Shown here piece after piece: positions 25,804 through 40,091 of a stretch of DNA of 64,000 nucleotides; the first letter of the stretch is position 1; the number at the start of each line of letters is the position of its first letter. The notes beneath the pieces are model-generated. The model was not told where the DNA came from, ran no database searches, and worked only from the letters and a program-made list of their open reading frames with translations. The stretch spans positions 100,440,001-100,504,000 of the forward strand of contig OX597820.1 of NCBI GenBank assembly GCA_951406725.2, given 5' to 3'. Source of the DNA: Octopus vulgaris. Its lineage: Eukaryota. Made by a program: the position numbers and the translations under genes.

Positions 25804-26644
25804 AATAAAAGAGAGTATTTGCCGAAATCTTTTTCTGATCTACATAAATTTACTCATGTTATCAAAGAAAGTTTCAAAAACAAGGAAAATAGACCAGTTT
25901 ATTTTAGACAACCCAAAAGTTGTTCTTGTAATTCTCCAACTTCAGATAAAATAACCTTGCAGTCTTCTGAAAATTTTGTAAATGTTAAGGATATGAAGTG
26001 TCAGAAAGCCTCCAAGGTGTTTCCTTCACATCATAATAAAGTCTGTAAAAATGGTGAAAAATCTTCTTCGTGTAAAAAATTGGCAGACAGCAAAGGTCAT
26101 TCAACACTTAAACACTTTTTAAATGATAAAGAATCATTAAAAGATTGTGAAGACTTCTTAAGCAAGAAAGAGCGTCCATATCAGAAAGATTTTGAATATG
26201 TTAAAGAGCAGTCTTCACATAATAAACATTTTGAAAATATCAAAAGAACATCTGTGCAGGAGACCTTGTGTGGTAAAGAATGCTGCACATGTTTTAAAGA
26301 CTTCTCAAAAAACAAAGAACTTTCTTCATATAAAGAATATGAGGATTGTCAACAGCCTTCTGCACAATGTAATTCATTTTCCTCAACAATGTTCAAAGAT
26401 CACAAAGAAACAAGGCATCAGTCTGCTCACCTTAAAGACTACCTTAAGGACAAAGAATCACCATCTCATAAAAATTACATGAACACTCCAGATCCTCCAC
26501 TTCATTCCAAACGATTCATAAAGAACAAAGCAATTTCAACATCTAAAAATTTCACAGAGGAATCATCAGATAAGGAATTATCAGATAGTAGCTCGGACAG
26601 TAAAAACACACCAGTCAGAAACATGGACTTCACTAGTCTTAAGA
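25804..26644 (+). CDS. EXD1: EXD1 exon 11 (large K/S/E-rich low-complexity exon)
   Basis: (T)n-ccAG acceptor, A|GTAAGT donor, 841-nt open frame (ORF 25756-26670), phase 0/1. Confidence 0.85.
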
Positions 26645-27954
26645 GTAAGTATGTTACAACTAAATTTTAGTTTAACCTTCTATCTGATTAAAATGTTGGC
26701 TTTCACATTTATGAATGCTTGAGAATTCATTACATATTCTATGGGTAACAGGTACATTGATTTGTTCACATACAGTGATGAAATAATTAAACTAAGAAGA
26801 CATTTTAACATACTGAGTAAAGTGATGAATATTCTGTCACTTAAGGTAGCATGTCAATAGAACTGGGTACCTTAAGTCTTAACTAAGAAAGCAGCCTTTA
26901 TGGCAACTAAATTTGACTTGAGAAAATTTTTTAGATTTAGGAAGCTTGCAGTGTATATGACCACTGCAGAGTGTGCATTTTCTGGCACTCTGTTGTTGAG
27001 TTCCAGTTGATCCAATCAACAGGACAGTCTGCTCATGAAATCAAAGTGCAAGTGGTTGAGCATTCCACAGACATACATACTCTTAACATAGTTCTTAGGG
27101 AGATTCAGTGACACAAAATGTGACAAGGCTGACCCTTTGAACTACAAGTACTACTCATTTTTGCCAGCTGAGTGGATTAGGGCAATGTGAAATAAAGTGT
27201 CTTGCTCAAAGACACAACACGTCATTGGGAGTTGAACTCCTGACCTTATGGTTGTGAGCTGAATACTCTACCCACTAAGCCACGTTCTTTAACAAGTGTT
27301 AAAGAACTAGTCTGGAGACAGTTGAATTAATGTCACTGATTTTTCAAACTGTAATTCAGATATACATTAGCATATGTGATGATGAGCTGGCTATGAGCCA
27401 TTGACTGGATTCTGAATGCAGAATATCTTGAAAAGTCTCAGAAAATATCCTAACATCTAGAGTTGTCAATCTTAGAAGCCACTATTGTCAAAACCAAATA
27501 ACTAATTTGTATCTGAGATTACAAAATCCCTACAGCATCTGAGAAATGATCTTGATTGATAAGGTAGATGTCTATTTGGTGAAAAAAGTGTGATGAGCTC
27601 ACTGTGGTGGATACTTGTGGTGGAGGAAGGCCAAGTGAGATATAGTTATGAATACTAGAATTATATTTTGTGACATTGTCTCACAGATGAGACACTTTGC
27701 ACTAATTACTTTAAGTTTTTAGCATTTAAACCAGCCATATGTGGCCCAAATATTCTATCCATTTTATGTTCAAATTGGTCAGATCTAACCTCTCGCGCCT
27801 ATCTTGCAATGTCATTCTAAAAATAAACAATCATTTCATCAGTCTTAAAGCCATAAGACATTCAAAATAATCAGAATAAATAAGCATTACATTTGACAGC
27901 AATCCAAATACTAAAGGGTTAAATCTCTTATATATTTTTTTTTTCATTATTTGA

Positions 27955-29100
27955 ACATCATTTAACATCTACCTTCTTTGCTAGCATGGGTGGGACGGTT
28001 TCACAAGAGTTGGCCAGGCAGAAGCCTGTACCAGACTTCTGTGACTGTTTTGGCAGGACTTCTACATCTGGATGTCCTTCCTAACACCAACCTCTCAGCA
28101 GAGTGGACTTAGTGCTTTTTACATGGCATAAGCACAGGTGAGGTCAGTTTTGGCAAGGTTTTTACAACTGGACTGGGTGCTTGTAAGTGGCACCTGCACT
28201 GACAGGATCACCGAGTAATTGCAAGACAAAAATAAAATTTCAAGAGGAGAGGGGGCATTGGAGGAGGTGATCTTATGTTAGATGATGAAAGGTTATATTG
28301 AAACAGAGAGACAGAAACTGGTGTCTTGCTGTAGAGGTAGTACAAGGTTACCCAGCTGGAGAGAGAGAGAAATCAGGAATGAAGATAGAAACAGGTGCTC
28401 TACCACAAAGGAAATACATGGATACCCAACCTGAGGGAAGTGCAGGAGGAGAGAGAGAATAGGGGACAACAGCATAAAGATGGTGGCAAAATGCCTGGCA
28501 TACTTACAAGGGATGGGGATCAGAATATAAATGATATGGTTGAGTAAAGGAAGAAAGAGGGCATACCCTTGAGGTTCAAATGCCATAACATAAGTGGTAG
28601 GATATTGCAAAGGAAGTGTGATTAAAGAGTGCAGTGTGGGTGGGGAGTGAGTGGTGAAAACCTGCATGTATATAGTCTTGTTATACCAGGTAGCACTGAT
28701 ACAGAGGAACAGGACTGTGAGGGCAGGATTGGGGAGTAAGAGCTAGGCATAGTGTATGAAGGAAGAGAAGAGATGTGGAAAGGTAAATTGGTTTGTTGGG
28801 GTAAGGTGAGTGAAAAGTTTTCTTGTTATATGTGGGTGGAACACACAGGTCGGGGGCTTGTGGATAGCAATGATACAGTGGCACAGGGCCAAGAGGACAG
28901 GATTGGGGAGTGGGAGGTAAGCATTGTGCATGAAGCAGAAATGTGAGGAAGAGCTGTAGAGACACAGTTTGGTTTGTTGTGGTAGAGTGTGTGAGAAGTT
29001 TTCTTGTTAAGTGTGGGTGGAACACAACCCTTCTAGAAATCAGTTTCACTAATGTGGGTGGGTCTTCTCACGAACGAACAATAACCTTCTTTTAATTCTA
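27955..29100 (-). mobile_element. Non-autonomous RTE-tail element with purine-rich body and an internal duplication of about 170 bp
   Basis: Shares the catcatttaac...catgggt tail; 28690-28846 repeats in 28863-29026. Confidence 0.55.
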
Positions 29101-29565
29101 AGTAGATTTTATAATTTACAAGTCAAGTAAACATCGTCATTATTGCTTGATATTGCCTGTAAAAAAGAAGGATAAGGATCTGTATTCACCACAAGGCCTG
29201 TACTTACTGCAAGAGTGAGCTAGCTTACCTGAGGAAATTTAGAATTGGACAACACAGCCTAAGTGTTGAAGAAGAAGCAAGCTTAAATAGAACTGGGCTG
29301 GGGTTTGCCATAGGCTTACAGATATAACAGATGTCAAACTCTGCATTCCAAAGTTGATATTAATCAAGCAAGACACTAATTCACATGGTGCACAAATATC
29401 TAGCTCTAATTATTAGAATTTATTCATTGTATTTTAAAATTAAGCAAAGTTTAGTTTAACCTAAATGATTACATTCAAAACGGTTTACATTTAAACAAAA
29501 TTTTTTTTAAAATCTATCACAATTTTTAATGGTACTAATTTTTTTTTTTTCTTTTTCATTTTAAG

Positions 29566-29942
29566 ATTCTAAAGAGCCCGAAGAAGAAGATATTTTAGTT
29601 GAAGCTGCTCAAAAGATTTTTCAGAGTGACTTCACACCGGGACTAAGAAAGTTTCTAGAGCTATCATCTGATTCTAGGTCCAAATTAAATTGTTGGCGGA
29701 CTGAGAAGGAAAGCAGTAGCTCAAACATGGAGGATTCCAAATATTCCTCATGTGACGACCATCAGGAAACAGAGAAAGTTAACAATAAACTTGATGTAGA
29801 CAGTTCTCGTGTAAATTGGTCTTTATACAAAGGGGATGTTCATAATTACAATAATGTGAACTTTTATCCAGCAGGCTGTACCATTCATCCACCAAAAAAG
29901 GGAACTAATAGCACAAGTGGTAAAAAGTATAGACGCTCATAG
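29566..29942 (+). CDS. EXD1: EXD1 exon 12, terminal (NSKEPEEEDILVEAAQKIF...GKKYRRS*)
   Basis: Long T-tract + ttaAG acceptor, phase 1 joins exon 11, open to TAG at 29940-29942. Confidence 0.8.
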
Positions 29943-32900
29943 TCAAAATAACAATTCTGCTGAAAACCACCACTGCCGTTGCCACCACCACTCCTTGCTG
30001 AGGAGTAAAGAAATATTGAAGAAATTACCAATCAGTTTTATATTTTTGTTGAAATTCCTGCCACAGATCAAGTAACCAATTCTGTCAAAAACACAAACTG
30101 TTTTAAAAATGTATGATATTTTGTTATATGTATTATTTTATAATTATATTATATTGTAAAGATTTTATACCCAAGCACTTTTGCCAGTTGAACGGGCATG
30201 TTTTATGGTTTAAATACTGTTGAAGGGACATCATCATAATTTGTTTACATTTATACTACAGCTAACAGTTATAAAAATTATACATGCCATCATGGACAAC
30301 GAATGTTAAATGACGATGATAACAACAACGACAACAACTACGACTGATGCTGCTGGTGATTTCCAGAATTTGTCATTTTGTTTTACCATTATATATAAAC
30401 CTTAACATTAGCTGTGGCTGTGGTTAAAGATAGACTTTTTCTTTTCATATTCTATCCAGCCAATAATAGCTCATTTTCAGAACTCAATCAATGAAAAGTC
30501 ATTGCCTTGAAAGGGCATTAAACTCACTACATGCGGCACAGCTTCCTCCCCTATGTTTTCTACCATCTTGCTCTCGCATTTCTATCCTTCCTTTCACCAA
30601 GGGTTTCTGTGTGTATTACCACATATACTAGAAGCAGTGTGTCATGGTTTTCTGTTACGTTAACAAACTACTTACTTTTCAGTCTTTTAACAATCAACAA
30701 AAGGGTTTCATTGTTTGCGGTCTTCCTAACGCTGATGTTCTGCATTATTCTGTCATTAGTTTCAGCCAGAGATTGTGGTTGTACTGGGCCCCCACTATTA
30801 TGGAATGCAAAGCTTCTTTCTATACAATTATATTTTAAAAGCCATGGTCATTTTCTTACTTTCAACATCTAACTTATCTGTATCTATACAGTACAGCTGA
30901 GATTACTGTTGCTCTTTATAAAAATATGTTTTTTGTCATCATCATCATCATCATCAATATTTTATGTCCATTTTCCATGCTGACCTGGGTTGGATGACTT
31001 GACAGGAACTAGCAAGGCCAGGGGCTGCACCAAATTCCATAGTCTCTTTTGTCTAGGTTTCCATGGCTGGATGTCCTTCCTAATGCCAACCACCCCACAG
31101 AGTGTATTGGGTGCTCTTTACGTAGCACTAGCACCCACATCAGTGCTTTAATTTAAAAATTCTTTTTCCAGAGTCTGATTTTGCTAAATCCACTGTAGTT
31201 CTTCAATTCTATGTTCCTCTTCATTATGTCTCTTAAACTAATATTCTCAGCAAGACATGTTGTTAGGTCTCTGGATTCTTCATTTTCTACCTTAACCCTT
31301 TACCTTTTCCATGTATCATATATGATACGTTTGATATATTTCTCTGGTGTCACTGCATCATATATGGTACACATTCTGAATCTTTCTTTTCAACCACCCG
31401 AGTAACTTGAGACTTATGAAAGGCAAGCTTTATATTACTTGGTGTATGAAACAAGGGCTAACTAAAAGTCTGAAAACAAGTATGGCTATTTAGGACAAGC
31501 TTACGAAAATTGCTTGGACACCCAAAGAATTAAAGAAATATCATCAGTAGAATGGAAATTGCTGACTTTTCTACCTCTTACATTAATATTTTCCTTCAAA
31601 AATCACAATCATAAATTGTTCAGATTAGTGAAAGTAATGTTTTGTTCCCAGATTTTGTGGTTATTTCTTTGACAATGGCACACCTAGATATAATTAGCTT
31701 TATAATTTGAATACATTATATGCTGACAGTTCCCCCTATTTTGTAATGAGGCAAGTTTGCAGAATTGTTGATAACTAGTGAACCATTTCAGATTGGTAAG
31801 CACATTCATAGTTATAGATACTTTGTAATTTCTGTTGTGTTGTCAATGAAAGGAAGCGCACCTGACTACTGAAAAAGCTGTTTTACTCTTTTACTTGTTT
31901 CAGTCATTTGACTGTGGTCATGCTGGAGCACTGCCTTTAGTCGAGCAAATCAACCCCAGGACTTATTCTTTGTAAGCCTAGTACTTATTCTATCGATGTG
32001 ACTTCAGGTTGGATCATATGACATCAACATACAAAACTTGTAACACTACTGTTGTAAAAGAATATCTTCATATATCATTTATGAGCCAAGTCATTGATAT
32101 CAATCTTAATTTCATTTGGTGATAGGATATCCATAATCATCAGTTGTTGCACATTGGTCTTCTGATCATCTGAACCTTGCCTTGCTTCCAATTTTGATTG
32201 AGAATGCTACTTTTATCTTTCTTGTCATCCTCAGGGCATTTTGATCATTGTACACCAAAACTGTTCTGTCATTTTTTTATCATCAATAACATTTTGCTTC
32301 CTCTTTGTATTGGACATCCCCACCCTGGTATTGTGCCAGCTGTAGGAACATATCATAAAGAAGCTTCAATATCAAAAGCTATTGTTAAAGCTGTTCTTAT
32401 GTCCCATCAATGTTGAGGGGTTTTGCTTTCTTCTAGTATGGAAAATCAATCAGTAAATTGAGTAGAAATCTCAATAAATTGGCATCAAAGGATCCAAATT
32501 TTTTTTGTAAAGGTTCCTCATTTTTACAGTCTGCATTATTCTTTCATTCTGACTTAAGATGTTGGATGGTGTGGTGGAATCATAGAAAGTTTTAAACTAT
32601 CTTTTTAACTCTTTAGCATCGAAACTGGCCTTATCTATTTCAAGTATCAATGGTGCAGGCAACACTGCAAGTGTCATCTTGATAAATTATTATATCAGTG
32701 ACATCTAAGTTATTTTACATGGTATGTTAAAATATGATACTTGCTGTTATTGGCAGTAACAGTTGCTGTCCATCTGTCATCGAGTACTTTCTCTTTCAAA
32801 AGCTTTAAAGAATTATAAATAAGAGGTTGAGCTGATGAAGCAGGTAACTTAGAGTTTTTTTTTTTGTTTCCTCTCAATATGAATATTTCATAGATTATGT

Positions 32901-35900
32901 CAGTAAGAAGAAGCAAACTTGACTTTAATGAAAAGGCAGCCATGTAAATGGTCTTCATCATGTGATCATCAGGTTGAATCACATGACTTTGGCATTCAAA
33001 ACTCATGCAACTCTACTGCTGTAAAAAAAAATTGTTATGGTTAGAAAGTTGTGTCTGAGATAGGTATAAACATAATCCTGTTATTTGGTGCACTACATGA
33101 ATATGAAGTTTCCAATGATCTCCCAGTAACTAAATGAAGGTAACAGAATATTTTCTTGATTTTTTTTTTTCATCCATTCATTGACAATACAGTGTGATTA
33201 TCAGGAACATATTTATAACTATTTTGTTGAATCTGAAGAGAATACATAAATTTGAACTTAAATTTTATCTATTGTTGTTTGCTTTTTTAAATTTTTTAAA
33301 ATGCTTCTTTTTTATGAACCATATGATAATTGAATGGCTGTTCAGTATCATCTTAATGTCCACTTTTCCATGCTTGCATTGGTTGGATGAAGCTTTATTG
33401 AAACAGATTTTTCTACGACTGGTTGCCCTTCTTGATGCCACATCTCACCTGTATCTCCAAACAAAGTAATATTTTCCCATTACTAAACATGATCCCACAG
33501 AAGATTGGAGATGCTTGTATATCAAAACAAGAAAACCTATGCACACACATACACACATATGAGTGGTTGTGGGGTAAGAAGCTTGCTTCCTAACCACATT
33601 CCTGGTTCAGTCCCACTGTATGGCATGCTGGCCAAGTGTCTTCTACTATAGCCTTGGGCCAACCAAAGCCTTGTGAGGGGAATTAGTAGATGGAAATTGA
33701 ATGAAGTCCATCATATATATATATGTATATATATATATCTAAGTGCATGTCTTTGTGTCTGTGTTTGTCCCCATCACCACTTGACAGCTGGTGTTGGTGT
33801 TTACATCCCTGTAACTTAGCAGTTCAGCAAAAGAGACTGATAGGTATAAGTACCAGGCTTAAAAAATAAGCACTGGGGTTGATTCATCTCAATAAAAATT
33901 CTTGAAGGCAGTGCCCCAGCATAGCTGCACTCTATGTATATGACAGGTTTCTTTTAGTCTTTATTTAGCAAATCCACTCGCAAGGCTTTGGTCAGCTTGA
34001 GGCTAGTAGAAGGCACTTGCCCAACATACCATGCCCTAGGACTGAACCTGGAACCATGTGGTTGGGAAGCAAACCTCTTATCACACACCCAGCCTATACC
34101 CATGTACAACCACACCTTTGTTCATTAAAAAAAATGTAATTAACATGAATCTTAGAAATGTAATGTTTAACCTAATTTTAATTAGTTTGGTAGGCTCTAT
34201 AGTTAATATATGGAAGAAATGTCTGCTGGGGGTCATCAGTCAGTGGTTCATAACTGAGGTTTTAAAACTGTGTTTTCATTGTGAGAAAGGAAAGAAATGG
34301 ACAAGCAACACAGTATAAGTTATAGTGCATAATACAATATGATGCAGTGGTCTTATGATGAAAAATTCAAGTGTTGATTGACAGGTTACATAAAGGATCA
34401 ATTTAGCAAGAGCTGACACTGATTATCTAACATGAACATCAACATCATTATAATCATCAGTATCATAATTATCAATAACAACAAGATGGTATTATCAATT
34501 CAACAAATAACAAAGTCAATGTTTACTTGTGGTATAAGAAGTTTCAGATACCAATTTTAAATCTGTCTCAAACATTCCTTTCTAGTTTTCCTCTCTTGTT
34601 CAAAAAAAAAAAAGAAACTTTAATCATTATCCATTATTCAAAACATCAAAAATAAAATTTTAAGTTTTACTCTCTTCATTTGAATGTGGAAGTGAAGTTC
34701 ATCTATCACAAGGTGATGAGATAACTGTCAACAAGTGATTTTAATCTCATTCATCTGGTTGTATTGCTCAAGAAAAAAGAAATCAATCAAGTACTGTTGT
34801 TTCCAGTTTTATACAGTGCTGATTAACTGATAAGTCTTTCACTGATTGGTTTATCTGTAAAGTAAATATTCCATCACAATCTGACTCTTGCGGATGGTGA
34901 GATTTTTTCTTTATTACAGTGAACTCTTATGTAAGGCTGATATATTATTATTGTCACATCAACTAATTTTGATGATGGAAGCAGCTATTCTTCATACTTT
35001 GCTGACTGAAGATACAACACTACTTTTGTTCGCTGATTAATCACAGCAATGGAATCATTTACCATTGATATTTTGATAAAAGAAGAAAACTATGTACATA
35101 AGAAACTCCACAACTTCTATTTACCAAATATTTACGAGGGATGGATATTCATAGATCTAAAGTGCTAAACATTTACTTCAATTTTCATATAAATTTTTCG
35201 GCTTTACATATCTAAAAATGAACACAAAACTATTGATGTAATGATTATTAGAGTGTGGTTTATTGACATTTTTTTTTTCCTTTTTTCCAAAAGAAATCAA
35301 ATTTACTTAAAGAGAAACATGAAATAATTTTATAGTATTGATCACATGATTATGCATCAAAGGCAAGTAATTTATTTGTTTACTTCTTTTTTCTTTCATA
35401 ATACTGAAGATGTAAAATATACCTGTTATTCTTTACAGAATAATATTCTTGTAAGAATATATATAAAATTCAATATATATCAAATCTAAAACTCTTTAAC
35501 ATTTAAATAGGTCATGTTTGGCCGCCATCATATTGGCACTCTCTTTGATCAGTGCAATTACATATAGCCTTGTTGACATGCTACATTGAGTTACAGTTTA
35601 CCACCTCCTTCACCATTAGATTGTACAGGGAATGATATTTTTCTTAGCAGATATAAGTCTATCAATATATTTAACTCCATTCCTGTTATGAATGCTGAAA
35701 TGCTAAGCCAAGGAATCTTTCGTATTATAATTTAAACAAGTACAAAATCAGAAAAGAATTTCTGCTAAGAATCAATATTGAGAAGGTTTCACTTACATAT
35801 ATTTATTGAAAAAATAATTAATAATACTAAATTTGTGAGATTAATTCTCAGATGTACTTCTTGGATTATAATTATTTGACACAATACAAATTGTGGTAAT

Positions 35901-37264
35901 AGTTTTTTAACAAAATACCAAGTAAGTGAAACATAATTATATTTGTTTACTATTGTCAAGTATTACTATCTTTTAATTCATTTTATCGTTATCATCATCA
36001 TCATTATCATTTTAACATCTAGTTTCCCATTCTTGCATATCAGACAAAATTCATTGAGGTTAAGTTTTCTATGGCCAGATTCTCTTCCTATCAACCAGCA
36101 CTCCGTCAGTTATGACAACGAGGGTTCCAGTTGATCCAATCAATAGAACAACCTTCTTGTGAAATTATTGTGCATGTGGGTGAGCAGCAATCCTCAGATA
36201 CATGTACTCTTAACGTAGTTCTCAGGGATATTCACCGTGACAAAGCTGGCCCTATGAAATACAGATACTACTCATTTTTGCCAACTAAGTAGACTGGAGC
36301 AACATGCAGTAAAGAGCTTTGCTCAAGGACACAATATGTCACAGGGAATTGAACTCACAACTTTACATCATCATCATCGTTTAGCGTCCACTTTCCATGC
36401 TGGCATGGGTTGGACGGTGCAACTGGGGTCTGGGAAGCCAGAAGGCTGCACCAGGCCCAGTCTGATCTGGCAATGTTTCTATGGCTGGATGCCCTTTCTA
36501 ACGCCAACCACTCCGTGAGTGTAGTGGGTGTTTTTTACGTGCCACCGGCACAGGTGCCAGACAAGGCTGGCAAACGGCCACGATCGGATGGTGGTTTTTA
36601 CGTACCATAGGCACAGGGGCCAGGCGAGGCTGGCAAACAGCCACGATCGGATGGTGCTTTTTACGTGCCACTGGCACCGACTAAACCACATGCCGTCACT
36701 TTCCTATCACCAACCCTTCATTATTTCCAAGCAAGATTACTTTGAACATGAGCACTATGTTTCCACAGAAGATTATAAACAAATGACATTGCTTACACTT
36801 GTTTACAATTTGTGCACAGTATCAAAGCAAAGAGACATGAACACCACACACACACACACACATACATTGCTTATATAATACTAGCATTTGTGACTGTGTG
36901 CGTGAGAGAGAGAGAGAGAGAAGTTTATGCATGAATCATAATGAGTAAAATAATTTTAACATTAGAAAGCCTAGCTGTGAGAGAACATATAAGGATATTA
37001 TAAGCACATTCATTTTGTTTTTGATGTGTGTGAGATTGAAGAGAGCGACAATTTTATGGTTTGCTGGCCACTCTCTGGAGATGTGCTTGGCTTCCTTCCC
37101 TATTGAAGAGCATAAAATATTCAACCATAGCATAAAGCATGAGTTATAAAATTAAGCAAAACCTGTAGTGCTTGCATAATAATGTATGACTGCTTTGTCT
37201 GTCAACTGGTAGCTTAATATGCATATCGGAGCTTTTCATGATTTGATATATATGTGAGTGTGTA

Positions 37265-37301
<37 letters not shown>

Positions 37302-37413
37302 TTTTATATATATATATATACATATGTGTGTGTGTGTATATTTATATACATGTGCATATTTACAATGCATACATATATATATGTATATACATACATATAT
37401 ACACAGATATATA

Positions 37414-37444
<31 letters not shown>

Positions 37445-37452
37445 GTGTGTGT

Positions 37453-37750
37453 GGAGGCGCAATAGCCCAGTGGTTAGGGCAGCGGACTTGCGGTCGTAGT
37501 ATCGCAGTTTCGATTCCCAGACCGGGCGTTGTGAGTGTTTATTGAGCGAAAACACCTAAAGCAGCACAAGGCTCCGGCAGGGGGTGGTAGCGACTCCTGC
37601 TGTACTCCTTCGCCACAACTTTCTCTCTTTCTTCTGTTGGCCTACTCGCTTAGCCAGCAGGGTGGCGTCATTTAATGGCTAAAACAATGCGAAGCGCATT
37701 GTGACCAGCGATGTGTAGCAACATCTGATAGCCTGGTTGGTCACGGTGAT
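37453..37750 (+). mobile_element. tRNA-derived SINE (OR-type head); relatives at about 40681-40900 and 42608-42710
   Basis: GGCGCAATAGCCCAGTGGTTAGGGCAGCGGAC...GTTTCGATTCCC box A/B head followed by a non-tRNA body; inserted in (TG/TA)n. Confidence 0.8.
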
Positions 37751-38153
37751 ATATATATGTATATATTTGCCTTCATATGTCAGTGAAGGCACATGGCTTA
37801 GTGGTTGGGGTATTCAACTCATGACTGTAAGGTTGTGAGTTCAACACCCAGTAGTGCATTGTGGCCTTGAGCAAGATATATTTCATGTTCCCTTCCACTC
37901 AGCTGGCAAAAGTGAGTAGTACTTGTAATTCAAAAAGCTGAATGTCCCTTGAGAACTACGCTAAGGGTATACATGTTTGCGTTAATTTCATGAGCAGACT
38001 ATTCCGTTGATTTAATCAAGTGGAACCTTTGTGTAACTGATGAAATATATATATAGCTATCTATCTGTCTATCTATCTATATATATATATATATATATAT
38101 GTGTGTATATATATATATATAACACACACACACACACACACACATACACATAC

Positions 38154-38228
<75 letters not shown>

Positions 38229-38270
38229 CAATAGATGAACACACATATATATACATACATACATTATACA

Positions 38271-38313
<43 letters not shown>

Positions 38314-38314
<1 letters not shown>

Positions 38315-38700
38315 TAGCTTAAGGTGACCCGCTCTACGCGCGGGTGAGGGTGTGGTTCTTACTTTCTGTTGCTTCCTTTCTGTTTCTTATTACCACATTC
38401 TCCCTCTTTATTTCTCTCTCCTTTCTCTCTCACTTTCCCACTCTCTTACTCTTCTTTTCTCTCTGACTCTCCCTCGCTTTCTCTTACTCTCTATCTTTCT
38501 CTATCTATCTATCTCCTATGTATAAAAAACAAAAGATCTTGAGGAGTAAGTTGAGAAAGAAAATATTTTGAAAGATCAATCATAAATATGAGGCAGTGAC
38601 AACGGAAAGCACACTTGCCTTTTGTACGTGCCACTATTTGAGAGATTACCATCACTAATGTCTAGGGGTTGATGACGATAATATGTTTAGATTATATATA
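38314..38700 (-). mobile_element. Helitron-like element (3' end clear, 5' end approximate)
   Basis: CTAG at 38314-38317 next to the hairpin ACCCGCTCTACGCGCGGGT. Confidence 0.5.
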
Positions 38701-39276
38701 TATATACACACATATATATATGTATACTCATTATATATACATATTTATATACACACACACATATATATATATAAATTAACACAATATATCTGATTAATAA
38801 TATCTGTTATGATTGTGCGGTGATGGTGGGTGACAATAATTCACCATTCTAAAAGACCTGTGGCAGGAATATTTAAACTTTTGCGGCTGCCAACACTTTC
38901 TATAGATACAGACAGACGTACAGTGAGAGAGGTGGTGGGAGAAAGAGTGACAGAGAGACGAAGCAGTCAAATGTCGATATAGAGAGAAATTGGAAGGAAA
39001 GAAAGAGAGAGATCAAGGAAGACAGGGTGATATCCGAAAGAGAGAAATGACAAACGCTTGTCAAAGTCTGGATTTTGTTGCTCTAGTAACCACAGCTTTT
39101 GAGATAGGGGTTTCTAAACTAGTCCAGTCACTTCCTCGCCTCTTTTTACATGTCCCTGTAAATTTTGGAGCCAATCCGACCCCATCTACCGCCCCTTAAA
39201 CCCCTCCTATCCCAAAATGACACACAAATTTTTCGCATTTCAGCTTTATAAATATTGATAGATTTATGTATATATA

Positions 39277-40036
39277 CAGGGTGCAGTGAATAGACTGTTG
39301 TATAAATTACACAAAAGTGAAAATAACTCTGAGATATCATTTTAACAGGTATATTTACCAAAATTACATTAAAATATCTTGAAATACTAAAAAGTTAATT
39401 TATTCAATAAAATCACCATTAGCTTCAATCACAGCCTCCAGACGACTTCGGATTCTCCTGCAACTTTTCTGAACGATCCCCATCAAGGGGTTTACAGTCT
39501 GAGGAGTTAGGTGACCAGATGTTAGGAGTGATGTGGTCACAGAAATTATCTGACAGCCATGACTGGATTCTCCTGCATGTGTGGCATAGTGCAGAGTCCT
39601 GTTGTCAGACAGAGTCTTCCAGCAGCCACCCTCTTGACCCAGGGTTGCACTACCTCCTCCAAGCACTTGATGTAGGCCTCTGTGTTAACTGTGAGGCCAT
39701 GTGAGAAGATGAATGGAGGCATAATGTCGCCACCACTAGTGATCACTCCAAACACCATGATGTTGACAGGATGTTTGATTTTTATTACTCTCGGTACATG
39801 TCCTTAGATTGAAACCTAAACACTCTAAACTGTTCGTTTTGGAGCTTCTGTCCCGAATGCCAAGCAGTACAGCATGTTCTTTCCAAGTTTCTGGCAGAGT
39901 GAATTGCACCATGGTGCTGTTTTTCTCAGAGACAGTGCCCAACTGACCCTTCTATAGAGTGTAGTTGACAATCAAAACAATGTGATTGCACGAAATTAAA
40001 AATATAAAATGGCAACAATTTATCCATTGCACCCTG
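39277..40036 (-). mobile_element. Internally deleted DD37D (maT-type) Tc1/mariner element
   Basis: Imperfect 24-bp TIRs starting CAGGGTGCA, TA duplication; VFGVITSGGDIMPPFIF and QQDSALCH...WSPNSSDCKPLD with 37 residues between the Ds. Confidence 0.82.
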
Positions 40037-40050
40037 TATATATATTCTTG

Positions 40051-40091
<41 letters not shown>

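Larger units (their letters stand above)
9133..29942 (+). other. EXD1: EXD1 gene span (piRNA biogenesis protein / exonuclease 3'-5' domain-containing 1); 12 coding exons, 2241 nt CDS, about 746 aa
   Basis: All 11 introns are GT-AG and phases join into one open frame. Translation carries EXD1-type motifs IGLNIESSGEGRFGTIVWV, VYIFD, LGLKAILED, FIHDCRFISDLLYNKYNVQLANVFDTQVAD and FWTQHPLS, after an N-terminal Sm-like segment. Confidence 0.9.

Noticed and set aside
35049-35168. Short ORF MESFTIDILIKEENY... as a possible first exon of the downstream gene
   Set aside because: No convincing donor or phase link to 52342; too short to support
37453-37530. tRNA gene
   Set aside because: No proper acceptor stem; continues into a repeated SINE body with other copies in the window
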